Origin: Roseiflexaceae bacterium
GTDB taxonomy: Bacteria > Chloroflexota > Chloroflexia > Chloroflexales > Roseiflexaceae
Assembly: GCA_947450095.1 (NCBI GenBank)
Contig: CANFUF010000006.1
Span: 1,004 to 65,003, forward strand
Direction: 5' to 3'
Length of the DNA stretch: 64,000 bases
The notes under the pieces were generated by a model. It saw only the letters and a list, made by a program, of their open reading frames with translations, did not search any database and had not been told where the DNA came from. Position numbers and translations under genes: made by a program. The stretch's first letter is position 1, and every line of letters begins with the position of its first letter. Below are positions 35,295 to 44,852 of this stretch, piece by piece.

Positions 35295-35960
35295 GTGACA
35301 GAGCGCGATAAGCGTATTTTGTTTGATTTCGTTGACGCTTGCCTGTTGCCCCGTTGTCCCATCTGTACGTTGGTACAACGGGCCGAACAGCGCACCTTGG
35401 CTGTGTATTGCGCCGAAGGTGCCGGTGATCAACAACGGCGTGCCGATGTACGGGCTGCCCGTGGCTTGTGTGCCCCCCATGGCGCTCAGCTCCGCGACGC
35501 CAAAGACGCCATGGCCGCCGCCGTCACCGCCTACGACGTGCTCACCAACCTGCAACGCGATTTGGTCGCGGTGCGGAGCAACCCACGGACGTGGGGGCGG
35601 CGCGGTATCGCGCGGCCGGAGCCCTGCCCGGTGTGCGTTGATATGCAACGCTACAATCGCGCCGTCTGTGCCGGGATTGTGGCTTGGAGCGCTGATCTCA
35701 CCTTGCAACAAGCGTTGGCCAACTCACACGGGATTTGTGGGCCGCACCTGCGCACCATCAGCCGTCAGGCTGGTGTCGTAGATGAGTTTTGGGGCGCGCA
35801 GTCGCAGGCGTGGCAACGCCTACACGACGAATTGGGGGAATTCATCCGCAAACGCGACAACCGCTTCCGCCACGAACGCCAAGCCAGCGAAGCTGATTCC
35901 TGGAAGCGGGCCTGGCACCAAATTTCCGGTGACGTATTGAATGACATAACGAAGGAGTAG
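35295..35960 (+). CDS. DUF6062-like protein with duplicated CPxC...G[LI]CxxH modules
   Basis: RCPICTLV...ARGLCAPHGAQL and PCPVCVDM...SHGICGPHLRTI. GTG 35295 is preceded by GAGG; the track ORF start 35211 would overlap the divergent nth-like gene. Confidence 0.5.
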   Translation: MTERDKRILFDFVDACLLPRCPICTLVQRAEQRTLAVYCAEGAGDQQRRADVRAARGLCAPHGAQLRDAKDAMAAAVTAYDVLTNLQRDLVAVRSNPRTWGRRGIARPEPCPVCVDMQRYNRAVCAGIVAWSADLTLQQALANSHGICGPHLRTISRQAGVVDEFWGAQSQAWQRLHDELGEFIRKRDNRFRHERQASEADSWKRAWHQISGDVLNDITKE

Positions 35961-35965
35961 TGTTC

Positions 35966-37297
35966 ATGAGCAATGTTGCCCTCCGACTACCTACCAAACG
36001 CGAAAGCTGGCTGTATGCCATCGCCAACCTTGGCAGCTCGATTCCCTACCAAGCCTTTTCTGCTGTCGTATTGTTTTTTTATACTGACGTCAAGCATTTA
36101 GCGCCCACCACTGCCGCCCTGATCATGACCATCTATGCCATCTGGAATGCCGCCAACAATCCTATCCTCGGGCATATGTCCGACCGCACCCGTTCACGTT
36201 GGGGGCGACGCCTTCCCTATATTCGCTTTGGAGTCATCCCCTATGCGATTGCCTTTGCCGCCATTTGGTTTGCCCCGTTTGACGGCAAATTCCAATCTAC
36301 CGAGTTAGCCATCTGGTTCTTGGTTACCATTGTGGTCTTTGAAGGATTCGGTACGGCGGTGACGGTAGCCGGTTATCAAGCCTTGCTGGCGGAAATGTTC
36401 CCCACCTATGAATCGCGCATCGAAGTAGCGGTGCGCATGAATTGGCTCCAAACCGCCGGCTTGTTTATCGGGGCTGCCTTGCCACCGGTGTTGGCCACCA
36501 TCCTCGGCTATCCCTTGATGGGGGTTGTGTTTGCGGTTGTGGCCTGTGCAGCCTATTTCATCGGTTTACGCGGCATGTATGAGCAACCCAGTTACGTTCC
36601 TACCGAGATGCCCTTTTGGGATGCGGTCAAAAACACCCTCGTCAACCGTAGTTTTGTCAGTGTGATGCTGGCGCAGATGATGCGCTTTGTCTCCACCAAT
36701 ACCTTGACCGCGGGGATGTTTTTCTTGGTCAAGTACAGCCTGCATGCGAACCCCTCGCAAACCACGTTGATTCTGGCTACTGCGTTTATCGCCGCCGGGT
36801 TGTTTTTGCCCATTTGGAGCAAATTTATCGCCTTGCGCTTTGGGCCACGCACCACCTTGATGATTGCCTATGCCAGCATTGGCTTGGCAGTAATTCCCTT
36901 GATGTTTGCCCAGTCCTTTACCCAGGCCTTGGTGGTCGCCTTCTTTTTGGGCTTCCCCGTGGCCGGTCTGATTATGATGGGTGACGTGGTAATGGCTGAT
37001 GTGATCGATGACGACGAAGCCCGTACCGGTGAGCGCCGCGAAGGGATGTTTTATGCCGTCAATGGCGCTGCCACGGCCTTGAGTAGTACCATCGTGTCGG
37101 TGGGGTTTGGGATTATTTCGACCATGTATGGCTACAATCCCGTCAACGACATCCAGCCTGCGAGTGTCGATTTCGGCTTCCGGGTCTTCATGGTGGTGTT
37201 GCCGATTATGGGGGCGATTTGTGCCATGACGGCGCTCTATTTTTATCCGTTGCACGGGCAACGCTTGGCTGATATGCGCGCCAAACTCGCCAAGTAA
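35966..37297 (+). CDS. MFS transporter, glycoside-pentoside-hexuronide (GPH/MelB-like) family
   Basis: LFFYTDV...NPILGHMSDRTRSRWGRRLPY is the GPH signature region. About 12 TM. ATG 35966 lies 8 nt after GAAGGAG, which sits in the end of the upstream gene. Confidence 0.8.
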   Translation: MSNVALRLPTKRESWLYAIANLGSSIPYQAFSAVVLFFYTDVKHLAPTTAALIMTIYAIWNAANNPILGHMSDRTRSRWGRRLPYIRFGVIPYAIAFAAIWFAPFDGKFQSTELAIWFLVTIVVFEGFGTAVTVAGYQALLAEMFPTYESRIEVAVRMNWLQTAGLFIGAALPPVLATILGYPLMGVVFAVVACAAYFIGLRGMYEQPSYVPTEMPFWDAVKNTLVNRSFVSVMLAQMMRFVSTNTLTAGMFFLVKYSLHANPSQTTLILATAFIAAGLFLPIWSKFIALRFGPRTTLMIAYASIGLAVIPLMFAQSFTQALVVAFFLGFPVAGLIMMGDVVMADVIDDDEARTGERREGMFYAVNGAATALSSTIVSVGFGIISTMYGYNPVNDIQPASVDFGFRVFMVVLPIMGAICAMTALYFYPLHGQRLADMRAKLAK

Positions 37298-37341
37298 CGA
37301 TTTTCTTTTTTTGAAAAAAATTACCTGCTTGGGGGTGAAAC

Positions 37342-37370
37342 GGCCCCATCCGAATCAACTCGGATGGGGC
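37342..37370. terminator. Hairpin between convergent MFS and dipeptidase genes (probable terminator)
   Basis: ggccccatccga / tcggatggggc 11-12 bp stem. An AT palindrome tttttttgaaaaaaa lies at 37305-37319 just upstream. The T-tail is weak. Confidence 0.45.
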
Positions 37371-37408
37371 AATTCATGGCCGCGGTTTCGTGGTGTTGAT
37401 TGTGGTGC

Positions 37409-38443
37409 TTATGCGCCCCAGGTTTTGCCGAGGATGCGCATCCAATTGTCGAAGCAGAGCTTGGCCAATTCGGCATCGCCGTAGCCCCGGGCCCGCATGG
37501 CATCGACCAGATTGGGCAAACCACTCGCATCGCCGATGGCTTGGGGGATGGTGGCCCCGTCGAAGTCTGACCCTAACCCGACGCGATCGATGCCGATACG
37601 TTTGACGAGGTAATCGATGTGGTCAACCATCACGGTCAACGCGGTATCGGCGTTTTGACCGCCGTCTTCACGCAAAAACGCCACCGCAAAGTTGAGACCC
37701 ACCATGCCGTCCGAATCACGGATGGCATCAAGTTGTTTGTCGGTCAAATTGCGGGTCGACTGGCTCAAGTTCCATACATTTGAATGGGTGGCGACGAGGG
37801 GGGCGGTGCTTAATTTGGCCACATCCCAGAAGCCTTTTTCGTTCATGTGTGACAAATCAATCATGATTTTGAGGCGGTTGCAGGCCTTGATGAGTTCTTT
37901 ACCGACGTCGGTCAAGCCAGGACCGGTATCGGGGGAATGATTGTGGCGGAAGGGTACCCCTTCGGCAAAAATCGTGGGGCGGCTCCAAACCGGCCCAATC
38001 GAGCGCAAACCGGCTTGGTAAAAGACTTCGAGCGAGTAGAGGTTTTTGTCGATAGCTTCGGCACCTTCAAAGTGCAAAATCCCACTCATGGCGCCTGCCG
38101 ATTTGGCTGCCAAAATATCGGCCACACTACGGACGACTTTGAAGTCGCCGTGTGATTCGCGTTCGATTTCGAACAATTTGGCCGTCATTTTCATGGCGTG
38201 ATTGAGCGAATATTCGAGGGGCAGCGCGGCCGGGAGGCTATCGCGATCGTTGACTTTGTCGGCGGTGGGGTCGGCGGGGATGTACACCGCAAAAAAACCA
38301 CCTGCCAAGCCGCCACGGCGGGCGCGACTCATGTCGATATGGCCGTGCGGGCTTTCGAAGAAATTATCGCCTGGATTGCGATCGGCGGTCAGCCGCAAAA
38401 GCGTGTCGTTGTGGCCGTCAAAGACCGGTATTGGTTTATTCAT
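37409..38443 (-). CDS. Membrane-dipeptidase family (M19) dipeptidase
   Basis: PVFDGHNDTLLRL is the N-terminal signature. DLSH and later His/Asp metal-ligand motifs. ATG 38443 is preceded by AAGGAG. Confidence 0.85.
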   Translation of the reverse strand: MNKPIPVFDGHNDTLLRLTADRNPGDNFFESPHGHIDMSRARRGGLAGGFFAVYIPADPTADKVNDRDSLPAALPLEYSLNHAMKMTAKLFEIERESHGDFKVVRSVADILAAKSAGAMSGILHFEGAEAIDKNLYSLEVFYQAGLRSIGPVWSRPTIFAEGVPFRHNHSPDTGPGLTDVGKELIKACNRLKIMIDLSHMNEKGFWDVAKLSTAPLVATHSNVWNLSQSTRNLTDKQLDAIRDSDGMVGLNFAVAFLREDGGQNADTALTVMVDHIDYLVKRIGIDRVGLGSDFDGATIPQAIGDASGLPNLVDAMRARGYGDAELAKLCFDNWMRILGKTWGA

Positions 38444-38554
38444 CAGCTTCTCCTTGGTGTGTGTCATGCATATGCTACGTGTCTGTCACGCTACTGTCAA
38501 ATCAGGGTGTGGTAAAATACCACTCTAGTATGCATTTGTATGAGGAATGAACAT

Positions 38555-39619
38555 ATGGTTACACCGGCATTATTGGGGTTGCTCCGTTGTCCGAGTTGTG
38601 GTTCACATCAACTCGATAATCAGACCGATGCGGTGGTTTGCCGCGTTTGCCACGTCCAATACCCCAAACACCCCGGCTATATCGACTTGATGCCACGGGG
38701 CGTTGATTTTGCCTATGTCTCCAAATATGTCAGCCAAGAAGAACAACTCTCCGAAGAGCTCGATTACCGCGATCTCGCCCCACCTGTCCTGGCCGCCGGC
38801 GTACGCAACCGTACTACGGTGCGTTTGCTCAACCTCAACAAAAACGACGTTTGTCTCGACAATGGCTGTGGTAATGGTCGTTTTGCGGTATGGAACGCTA
38901 AACTAGTCAAAACCATGGTGGGCAATGACCCCGCCACCATGTTTGCCGATGCTGCCATTACCGACATCGAGCTGACCCAAGCAGATTCACGGGTATTGCC
39001 GTTTGCCGATAATGTGTTTGACAAGGCCTTCTCGCTCGACGTGCTCGAACATTTCCCCATCGACGTCATCGATGCCTATTTGCTCGAACAAGCCCGGGTA
39101 CTCAAGCCGGGTGGGCAGTTTTTGGCGATGTCCAACACCAAAGAAAAATCAAGCCTGCAACCACTCGTCAACGTCAGCCGCTGGATTGGCCGCCAATTTG
39201 TCAAGGCTGGCGTTTATGACTTCGAACGCGAAAAACTGCGGAAATCAGACCACATCAAAGCCCTCGAAAACTGGGATGATGTCTTGGCCGCCTTCAAGCG
39301 CGCCGGCCTCAAGCCAGTCAAAGTCGTTTTTTGGAACAGCGTCTTTACCAGTTTTGTGGAACATGTGGTGATGAAACTGGGTGAAGCTTGGGCTGGGCGT
39401 GCCAAACCAGGTGATGCCAACGCCAAAAGCGCGGCTATCACCGATGGCACCGACCGCGAAATTCGGGCCCGCCGGCGCTTGCGCAAACAACTCAACCGTA
39501 CCAGCCCGGTCTATTGGGTGCTGCAATTCATTACCTGGATGATGGAACTGGATTTGTGGTTGTTTGGTTCGCTCCATTCTGGGAGTTACTTCATCGTCGT
39601 CGAAAAGCCCCGCGTATGA
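38555..39619 (+). CDS. Class I SAM-dependent methyltransferase with N-terminal Trm112-like zinc ribbon and C-terminal hydrophobic tail
   Basis: LLRCPSCGS...VCRVCH zinc ribbon. Motif I CLDNGCGNGRF. C-terminal WVLQFITWMMELDLWLFGSL. Start at ATG 38555 (GAGGA 8 nt upstream). Confidence 0.75.
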   Translation: MVTPALLGLLRCPSCGSHQLDNQTDAVVCRVCHVQYPKHPGYIDLMPRGVDFAYVSKYVSQEEQLSEELDYRDLAPPVLAAGVRNRTTVRLLNLNKNDVCLDNGCGNGRFAVWNAKLVKTMVGNDPATMFADAAITDIELTQADSRVLPFADNVFDKAFSLDVLEHFPIDVIDAYLLEQARVLKPGGQFLAMSNTKEKSSLQPLVNVSRWIGRQFVKAGVYDFEREKLRKSDHIKALENWDDVLAAFKRAGLKPVKVVFWNSVFTSFVEHVVMKLGEAWAGRAKPGDANAKSAAITDGTDREIRARRRLRKQLNRTSPVYWVLQFITWMMELDLWLFGSLHSGSYFIVVEKPRV

Positions 39620-40665
39620 ACCTACGACCACTCTATGTTTCACCCATCGGTCGTGGTGGGGTCGACATCGGCATCCAAAACATCCTGCGGGCCGTCAAGC
39701 GCGCTGGTGTCGATGGGGCCGAGCTGTTGCGCATGCCCGAGCGCTACAACTTTGCCCCGATGTTGTTACCTAGCGCCCTGCCACGTGACTGGTGGCGTGA
39801 CCGCGACATCATCCAAGCTCGTTCGCGCGTCGCTTTTGCCCTCAAGCGCCCGGGAATTCCCTTGGTGACGACTGTCCACCACCTTACCACTGACCCACGC
39901 TTGACGCCGGTGAGTAGCCTGGCACAACGGATGTTTTATCGCTTGGTCGAATCACGCTACGATGGCTGGTCCGTAGCCAAGGCCGATGCCGTGGTCTGTG
40001 TGTCACGCTATACCCAGCAGATGACCGAGGCCACCTACGGACGGCGTGACACCCATTTGATTTACGACGGCATCGATACTGACGTCTTTACGCCAACGAC
40101 CTATGGCCAGCGCCTCGATGCCTTGCCTGCCAGCGATGCCCGGGTACGATTGCTGTTTGTAGGTAATCGCACCCGCCGCAAAGGTTTTGATTTGCTGCCG
40201 CGTATCATGGATTTGTTGCCCAAAGATTATGTACTCTACTACACCGCCAGCTTTCAAGCCGGCGTCGATATCAACCCCCATCCCCGCATGATTCCCATCG
40301 GTACACCTGACCGGGATGGCTTGGTCGCCGCGTATCGTTCGTGTGACATTATGCTCTTCCCGTCACGCCTCGAAGGGTTTGGGATTGCCCCAGCCGAAGC
40401 CTTGGCATGTGGTATCCCTGTCGTCACTACCAATGCGACGGCCTTACCGGAAGTAGTAGATGACGGTAAGAGTGGTTATTTGGTCGAGCCCAATGATGTG
40501 CCTGGGTATGTGATCCGGGTGCGTGAATTGGGTGATGATGCCAAATTACGTCAGCGCTTTGGGGAATTTGGCCGCGACAAAGTGGTACGCTCGTTTGGCT
40601 ACGACATGTCAGGGCCACGCTTCCGCGACCTCTATTTGCAGTTGTTGCAACGTGGTTCCAACTGA
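39616..40665 (+). CDS. Glycosyltransferase family 4 (GT-B, EX7E)
   Basis: LLFVGNRTRRKGFDLL, FPSRLEGFGIAPAEALACGIPVVTT and GKSGYLV. ATG overlaps the upstream stop (ATGA). Confidence 0.8.
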   Translation: MNLRPLYVSPIGRGGVDIGIQNILRAVKRAGVDGAELLRMPERYNFAPMLLPSALPRDWWRDRDIIQARSRVAFALKRPGIPLVTTVHHLTTDPRLTPVSSLAQRMFYRLVESRYDGWSVAKADAVVCVSRYTQQMTEATYGRRDTHLIYDGIDTDVFTPTTYGQRLDALPASDARVRLLFVGNRTRRKGFDLLPRIMDLLPKDYVLYYTASFQAGVDINPHPRMIPIGTPDRDGLVAAYRSCDIMLFPSRLEGFGIAPAEALACGIPVVTTNATALPEVVDDGKSGYLVEPNDVPGYVIRVRELGDDAKLRQRFGEFGRDKVVRSFGYDMSGPRFRDLYLQLLQRGSN

Positions 40666-40682
40666 TTTTTGCAATAAAGTAC

Positions 40683-40720
40683 CCCCCGATTGTCGCAAGA
40701 CAATCGGGGGTTTGTGTTTT
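40683..40720 (+). terminator. Rho-independent terminator after the glycosyltransferase gene
   Basis: Perfect 12-bp stem cccccgattgtc / gacaatcggggg with loop gcaa, followed by tttgtgtttt. Confidence 0.7.
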
Positions 40721-40723
40721 ATT

Positions 40724-41530
40724 TTATTGATTGAATAAGCTATTGATGACATTGCCACCGATATTGGCAGCATTGGTGGTCGATTGGGCTTGGGGCATAT
40801 ATTGGGCCAGTGAATTGGCCAGCACCATCATCGGCATCGTCTGCAACCAGATGCGACCAGGACCTTTGAGGGTTGTCAAAAAGAGTCCTTCACCACCAAA
40901 CAAGATGTTTTTGAAGCCACTCACCATTTCGATGTCCATCGATACCGTGGGTTCAATCATTGCCACATAGCCGGTGTCGACCTTGAGGACTTGACCGGCT
41001 TCGAGGGTATACTCGACAATTTCGCCGTCAAATGCCACAAAGGCCACGCCAGGACCTTTAAGACGCTCCATGATGAATCCTTCACCGCCAAAGAAGCCGG
41101 CTCCCAGTTTGCGTTGAAAGAAAATATCAAACGTGACGCTTTTTTCGGCACACAAAAAGGCTTGCTTTTGGGCAATCACTTCTTGGCCGGCAGCCAATGT
41201 GATGGGGACGATTTTACCGGGGAAGTCGGAAGCAAACGATACGATACCACGGCCATTGGTACAGCTGTATTCAGCTACAAACAGTGATTCGCCACTCACC
41301 ACGCGCCGGAGCAAGCCACCGATACCGCCGCTCATGTTGGTGTTCATGGCGATGTTACCGCTCATCCACGCCAGACCGCCACTTTGGCTGACGATGGTTT
41401 CGCCTTGGTCGATTTCGCAAATCACGGCTTGCATCGTGCTGCCGATGATGGTGTAGTCCATGCCACCGGAACCTTTGCCTTTGGCGGCAATCGTGGGATC
41501 GGGCATGTCAATCCGTTGCGGGGTTGTCAT
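40724..41530 (-). CDS. AIM24 / TIGR00266 (DUF124) family protein
   Basis: [37 protein letters not shown]...GESLFVAEY and [15 protein letters not shown] are typical of this family. Confidence 0.8.
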   Translation of the reverse strand: MTTPQRIDMPDPTIAAKGKGSGGMDYTIIGSTMQAVICEIDQGETIVSQSGGLAWMSGNIAMNTNMSGGIGGLLRRVVSGESLFVAEYSCTNGRGIVSFASDFPGKIVPITLAAGQEVIAQKQAFLCAEKSVTFDIFFQRKLGAGFFGGEGFIMERLKGPGVAFVAFDGEIVEYTLEAGQVLKVDTGYVAMIEPTVSMDIEMVSGFKNILFGGEGLFLTTLKGPGRIWLQTMPMMVLANSLAQYMPQAQSTTNAANIGGNVINSLFNQ

Positions 41531-41620
41531 AATTGTGCTCCTTATGCAGAGTGAACAACGTACAGACGGTAGCGCATCCAGGTTGGTTGCATAATGAGTG
41601 CAATTTGCGTGGATTGATTT

Positions 41621-42541
41621 TTATTGTAGCAAAATCGTACGGGCAGTTGCTGCATCAGCCGTGATTTGGGCGACGAGCTCGGCAAAGCCACTAAAACGTT
41701 GCTCGGGGCGGATAAACGCCACCAGGGCGAGGTCCATCACTTGGTCGTACATGTCTAGTGTGACGTCAAGCAAATGTGCTTCGATGCGTGGTTCGACCCC
41801 ATTAAACGTCGGTCGTTGCCCGATATTAGTGACCGCAGGGTATTGCTGGCCATTGAATGTGGCAATACAAGCATACACTCCGTATTTGGGCAACAGAATC
41901 CGGCTATCGATGGCGAGGTTGGCGGTAGGGAAGCCGATGGTACGACCCCGTTGGTCACCTTTGACGACCACGCCGCGGTAGGTGAATTGCCGTCCTAGCA
42001 TGTGCGTGACCGCGGTAATTTCGCCGGCCTGTAATGCCTGTCGGATAGCCGATGAGCTGGGTGCGAGCGTGTCTGCATGGATCCGTGCCACGGTGTGCAC
42101 GGTAAAGCCCATGTGTGTGCCAACCTGTGCGAGGCGTTCAGGGGTGCCTTCGCGACCACGCCCAAGGGCAAAGTCCCAGCCAACCCAGAGTGCGGTGATA
42201 TTTGTGGCGTTTGCCACCCATTGCATGAAATCCGCCGCTGACATGGCTTGCACATCACTATTGAATGCGATGCTAAAGACCGCATCGATACCACATTCCG
42301 CCATCAAGCGGATCCGTTCGGCAGGGGGAATCAATAATCCACTCGGGCGTTCGGGGTGGACCACACTATCGGGATGTGGGTCAAATGTCACCACCACTGC
42401 CAACATTTCGTGGGCATGGGCATGAGCGACAAGTTGTTGCAAAAACTGTTGATGGCCATGATGCATGCCATCAAATACTCCGATAGTGACAATACTTGGC
42501 CCCGCCAGCGCATGGGCAGGAAGTCCGCTGAATTGGTGCAT
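41621..42541 (-). CDS. ribF: Bifunctional riboflavin kinase / FAD synthetase
   Basis: TIGVFDGMHHGHQ nucleotidyltransferase motif. C-terminal riboflavin kinase (GFPTANL, PTFNG, EAHLLD). Confidence 0.9.
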   Translation of the reverse strand: MHQFSGLPAHALAGPSIVTIGVFDGMHHGHQQFLQQLVAHAHAHEMLAVVVTFDPHPDSVVHPERPSGLLIPPAERIRLMAECGIDAVFSIAFNSDVQAMSAADFMQWVANATNITALWVGWDFALGRGREGTPERLAQVGTHMGFTVHTVARIHADTLAPSSSAIRQALQAGEITAVTHMLGRQFTYRGVVVKGDQRGRTIGFPTANLAIDSRILLPKYGVYACIATFNGQQYPAVTNIGQRPTFNGVEPRIEAHLLDVTLDMYDQVMDLALVAFIRPEQRFSGFAELVAQITADAATARTILLQ

Positions 42542-42542
42542 G

Positions 42543-43415
42543 TTAGGCCTCGCCCCATTGAAAAACTTTGCGTGGATGCCATTGGGTAGCGTTATATTCG
42601 AGTACCGCTATCAATTGTCCGGTGGTGCTGAGCGCAATTGCGCGGGTGTGTGTATCGTTACTAGCGGCAATCGACATGCCGCGTTGAATCCGTGCAAGGT
42701 CACTATCATTCACGGTAACCTGTAACCAATCGGCGACCGCCGCCTGGGTCGGTTGCAGATGTTGGGCTACACCATCGCTTTGTAATTGCGCCAACGTGAC
42801 ACTATTTGCCAGCGTAAACGTGCCTACCTGAGTGCGCCGTAAGGCATGTAAATGCGCGGCACTCGCAAATAATTCGCCGATATCGCGGGCAAGCGAGCGG
42901 ATATAGGTGCCTTTGCCACACGTCACCGTAAACAACAATTGTGGCGATTGCCACGCCGTGACGGCAAAATCGTATACATGCACGGGACGGGCAGGAAGTG
43001 CTGGTGCTTCGCCACGGCGCACCAAATCATACATCCGTTCGCCATTGACATGCAATGCCGACACTTGGGGGGGCACTTGCATGATGTCGCCACAAAACGT
43101 CGTCTCGATTCGCGCAATATCTACTGGTGTTAGTGCAGGAATGGGTGCTGTCCGGACGGGGTTGCCGGTGGCATCATCGCTATCGGTAGCCATCCCAAAG
43201 GTCATGCCAGCATCGTACCCTTTGTAGGTATCGTCTTGGACATATTCGATGAGTCGTGTGGCCAACCCAAGTGCCACCACCAATACCCCGCTGGCGGCGG
43301 GATCGAGGGTACCCGCATGCCCCACCCGTTTGACACGGCTGAGGCGGCGAATTTGAGCTACAACGTCGTGCGACGTTACGCCGAGTGGTTTGTCGATGCA
43401 GAGAAATCCGTGCAT
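42543..43415 (-). CDS. truB: tRNA pseudouridine(55) synthase
   Basis: MHGFLCIDKPLGVTSHDVV...VGHAGTLDPAASGVLVVALG (catalytic Asp). Confidence 0.9.
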   Translation of the reverse strand: MHGFLCIDKPLGVTSHDVVAQIRRLSRVKRVGHAGTLDPAASGVLVVALGLATRLIEYVQDDTYKGYDAGMTFGMATDSDDATGNPVRTAPIPALTPVDIARIETTFCGDIMQVPPQVSALHVNGERMYDLVRRGEAPALPARPVHVYDFAVTAWQSPQLLFTVTCGKGTYIRSLARDIGELFASAAHLHALRRTQVGTFTLANSVTLAQLQSDGVAQHLQPTQAAVADWLQVTVNDSDLARIQRGMSIAASNDTHTRAIALSTTGQLIAVLEYNATQWHPRKVFQWGEA

Positions 43416-44398
43416 AGTGCTTGTAGGTCAGGAAGTAATAAGGCGGCTGCGCTAGCAATGGTATGGTTCGGTAAATTAATACCTGCGGCATGTGCATGCC
43501 CGCCACCACCATGTTTTTGGGCGACAGCGGCGACAACGACGTTGCGTGAACGTAAGCTGATTTTTACTCCCTGCTCCCTTTCCTTAATTAACATAATGAT
43601 TTCAAACCCATCAATGCGTTGCAGCATTTGTAGGGCTTCGTCTGATTCATCGTCACTAGCTTGGTGCGTAGCAAGCATTTCTTGAGAAACTGCTGCCCAG
43701 ACAATTGGTCCAACGACGGTCATTTCACTCACTACCCGCGATGCAAGTTTGAGTGCATCGAGCCGTGTTGAGCGGAAGACTTTTTGGACAATTTGTTGGT
43801 GATCTGCACCTGCCGCAAACAATTTGGCCCCAAGCTGGAGTGTTTCGGCGCGGGTATCGTAGATCTGGAAGCTCTGGGTGTCGGTCATAATGCCGAGGAG
43901 CAATGGTGTGGCAATTCCGGCAGTGATGGTGACTCCCAGGTATGGCAAGAACTCGGTGATGATTTCGCAGGTGGCACAGGCTTGCGGGATGATGAGGTTT
44001 TGCAGGGCAAACTGTGTGTTGGTGGCATGATGGTCGATTTGGATCATGCTGGTACGCTGGAGTGCGTCGCGGTGTTTGGCGTGTAATCCACCAAAGCGTT
44101 CACTTGACGCACAGTCAACGGCGATGACTAGGTCTGGATGGGGCCACGTGCTATTTGCATCGAGGGCGATGCTTTTGTTGACATCGGGCAACCAGGCGAG
44201 ATACGGAGGAATTGGTTGTTGGATGACGGGAATGAGTCGTGCATTGGTAATTTGGGGTAACGCACTGAGCAATCCAATCAAGGAACCAATGGCATCCCCA
44301 TCTGGATTGACATGCGTAAGCAGCATGATGGTATTGGCGTTGGCAACGCGCGATTTCCATTCACTCGCGTTATGGGAAAATATTTCTTGGCGATTCAT
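43376..44398 (-). CDS. nrnA: DHH/DHHA1 family phosphoesterase (NrnA-like oligoribonuclease / pAp phosphatase)
   Basis: LTHVNPDGDAIGS, IQIDHHATN and a C-terminal GGGHAHAAG. Start at ATG 44398; the 441-aa track ORF is an extension. 40-nt overlap with the truB start. Confidence 0.8.
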   Translation of the reverse strand: MNRQEIFSHNASEWKSRVANANTIMLLTHVNPDGDAIGSLIGLLSALPQITNARLIPVIQQPIPPYLAWLPDVNKSIALDANSTWPHPDLVIAVDCASSERFGGLHAKHRDALQRTSMIQIDHHATNTQFALQNLIIPQACATCEIITEFLPYLGVTITAGIATPLLLGIMTDTQSFQIYDTRAETLQLGAKLFAAGADHQQIVQKVFRSTRLDALKLASRVVSEMTVVGPIVWAAVSQEMLATHQASDDESDEALQMLQRIDGFEIIMLIKEREQGVKISLRSRNVVVAAVAQKHGGGGHAHAAGINLPNHTIASAAALLLPDLQALCTDFSASTNHSA

Positions 44399-44445
44399 CG
44401 CGGCGCCTTTCTGTGATGACGCAGGTAATTTGCGATGTAGTGTAT

Positions 44446-44484
44446 ACAAACACCGGAGTATGCCATAGCACCTCCGGTGTTTGT
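44446..44484 (-). other. Perfect 13-bp stem hairpin in the rbfA-nrnA intercistronic region
   Basis: acaaacaccggag (44446-44458) pairs with ctccggtgtttgt (44472-44484), 13-nt loop. No T-tract on either strand. Confidence 0.4.
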
Positions 44485-44498
44485 GAATACGGGTTTGG

Positions 44499-44846
44499 TT
44501 ATTGCGTCGGTGGTTTATCGCGTAGGAGTTCACCAATGCGAATGCTATGATCGATGGTGTTGTCCAACATAAAGCGCAAATCGGGGGCTGACCGTAGATG
44601 ACGGAGCTCACGAGCGACTTCGCGGCGGATAAATCCTTTGGCGCGATCAAGCGCTGCCATGGTCTCTTTGCGGGTCTCGGGTTCGCCCATGACGGACACA
44701 TGCACGTGGGCCATCTGTAGGTCTGGGCTCATATCGACTCGCATCACGGTACAAAAAGCCACGCGGGGATCTTTGATTTCGTGCTGGAGGAGCTGGCCGA
44801 CGATTTGTTGAATTTCGCCGGCCACTTGTTCGGTGCGTTTACTCAT
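44499..44846 (-). CDS. rbfA: Ribosome-binding factor A
   Basis: RTEQVAGEIQQIVGQLL...DPRV..CTVMRVDMSPDLQMAHVHVSV is a typical RbfA KH-like fold sequence. Confidence 0.9.
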   Translation of the reverse strand: MSKRTEQVAGEIQQIVGQLLQHEIKDPRVAFCTVMRVDMSPDLQMAHVHVSVMGEPETRKETMAALDRAKGFIRREVARELRHLRSAPDLRFMLDNTIDHSIRIGELLRDKPPTQ

Positions 44847-44852
44847 AGGCGA

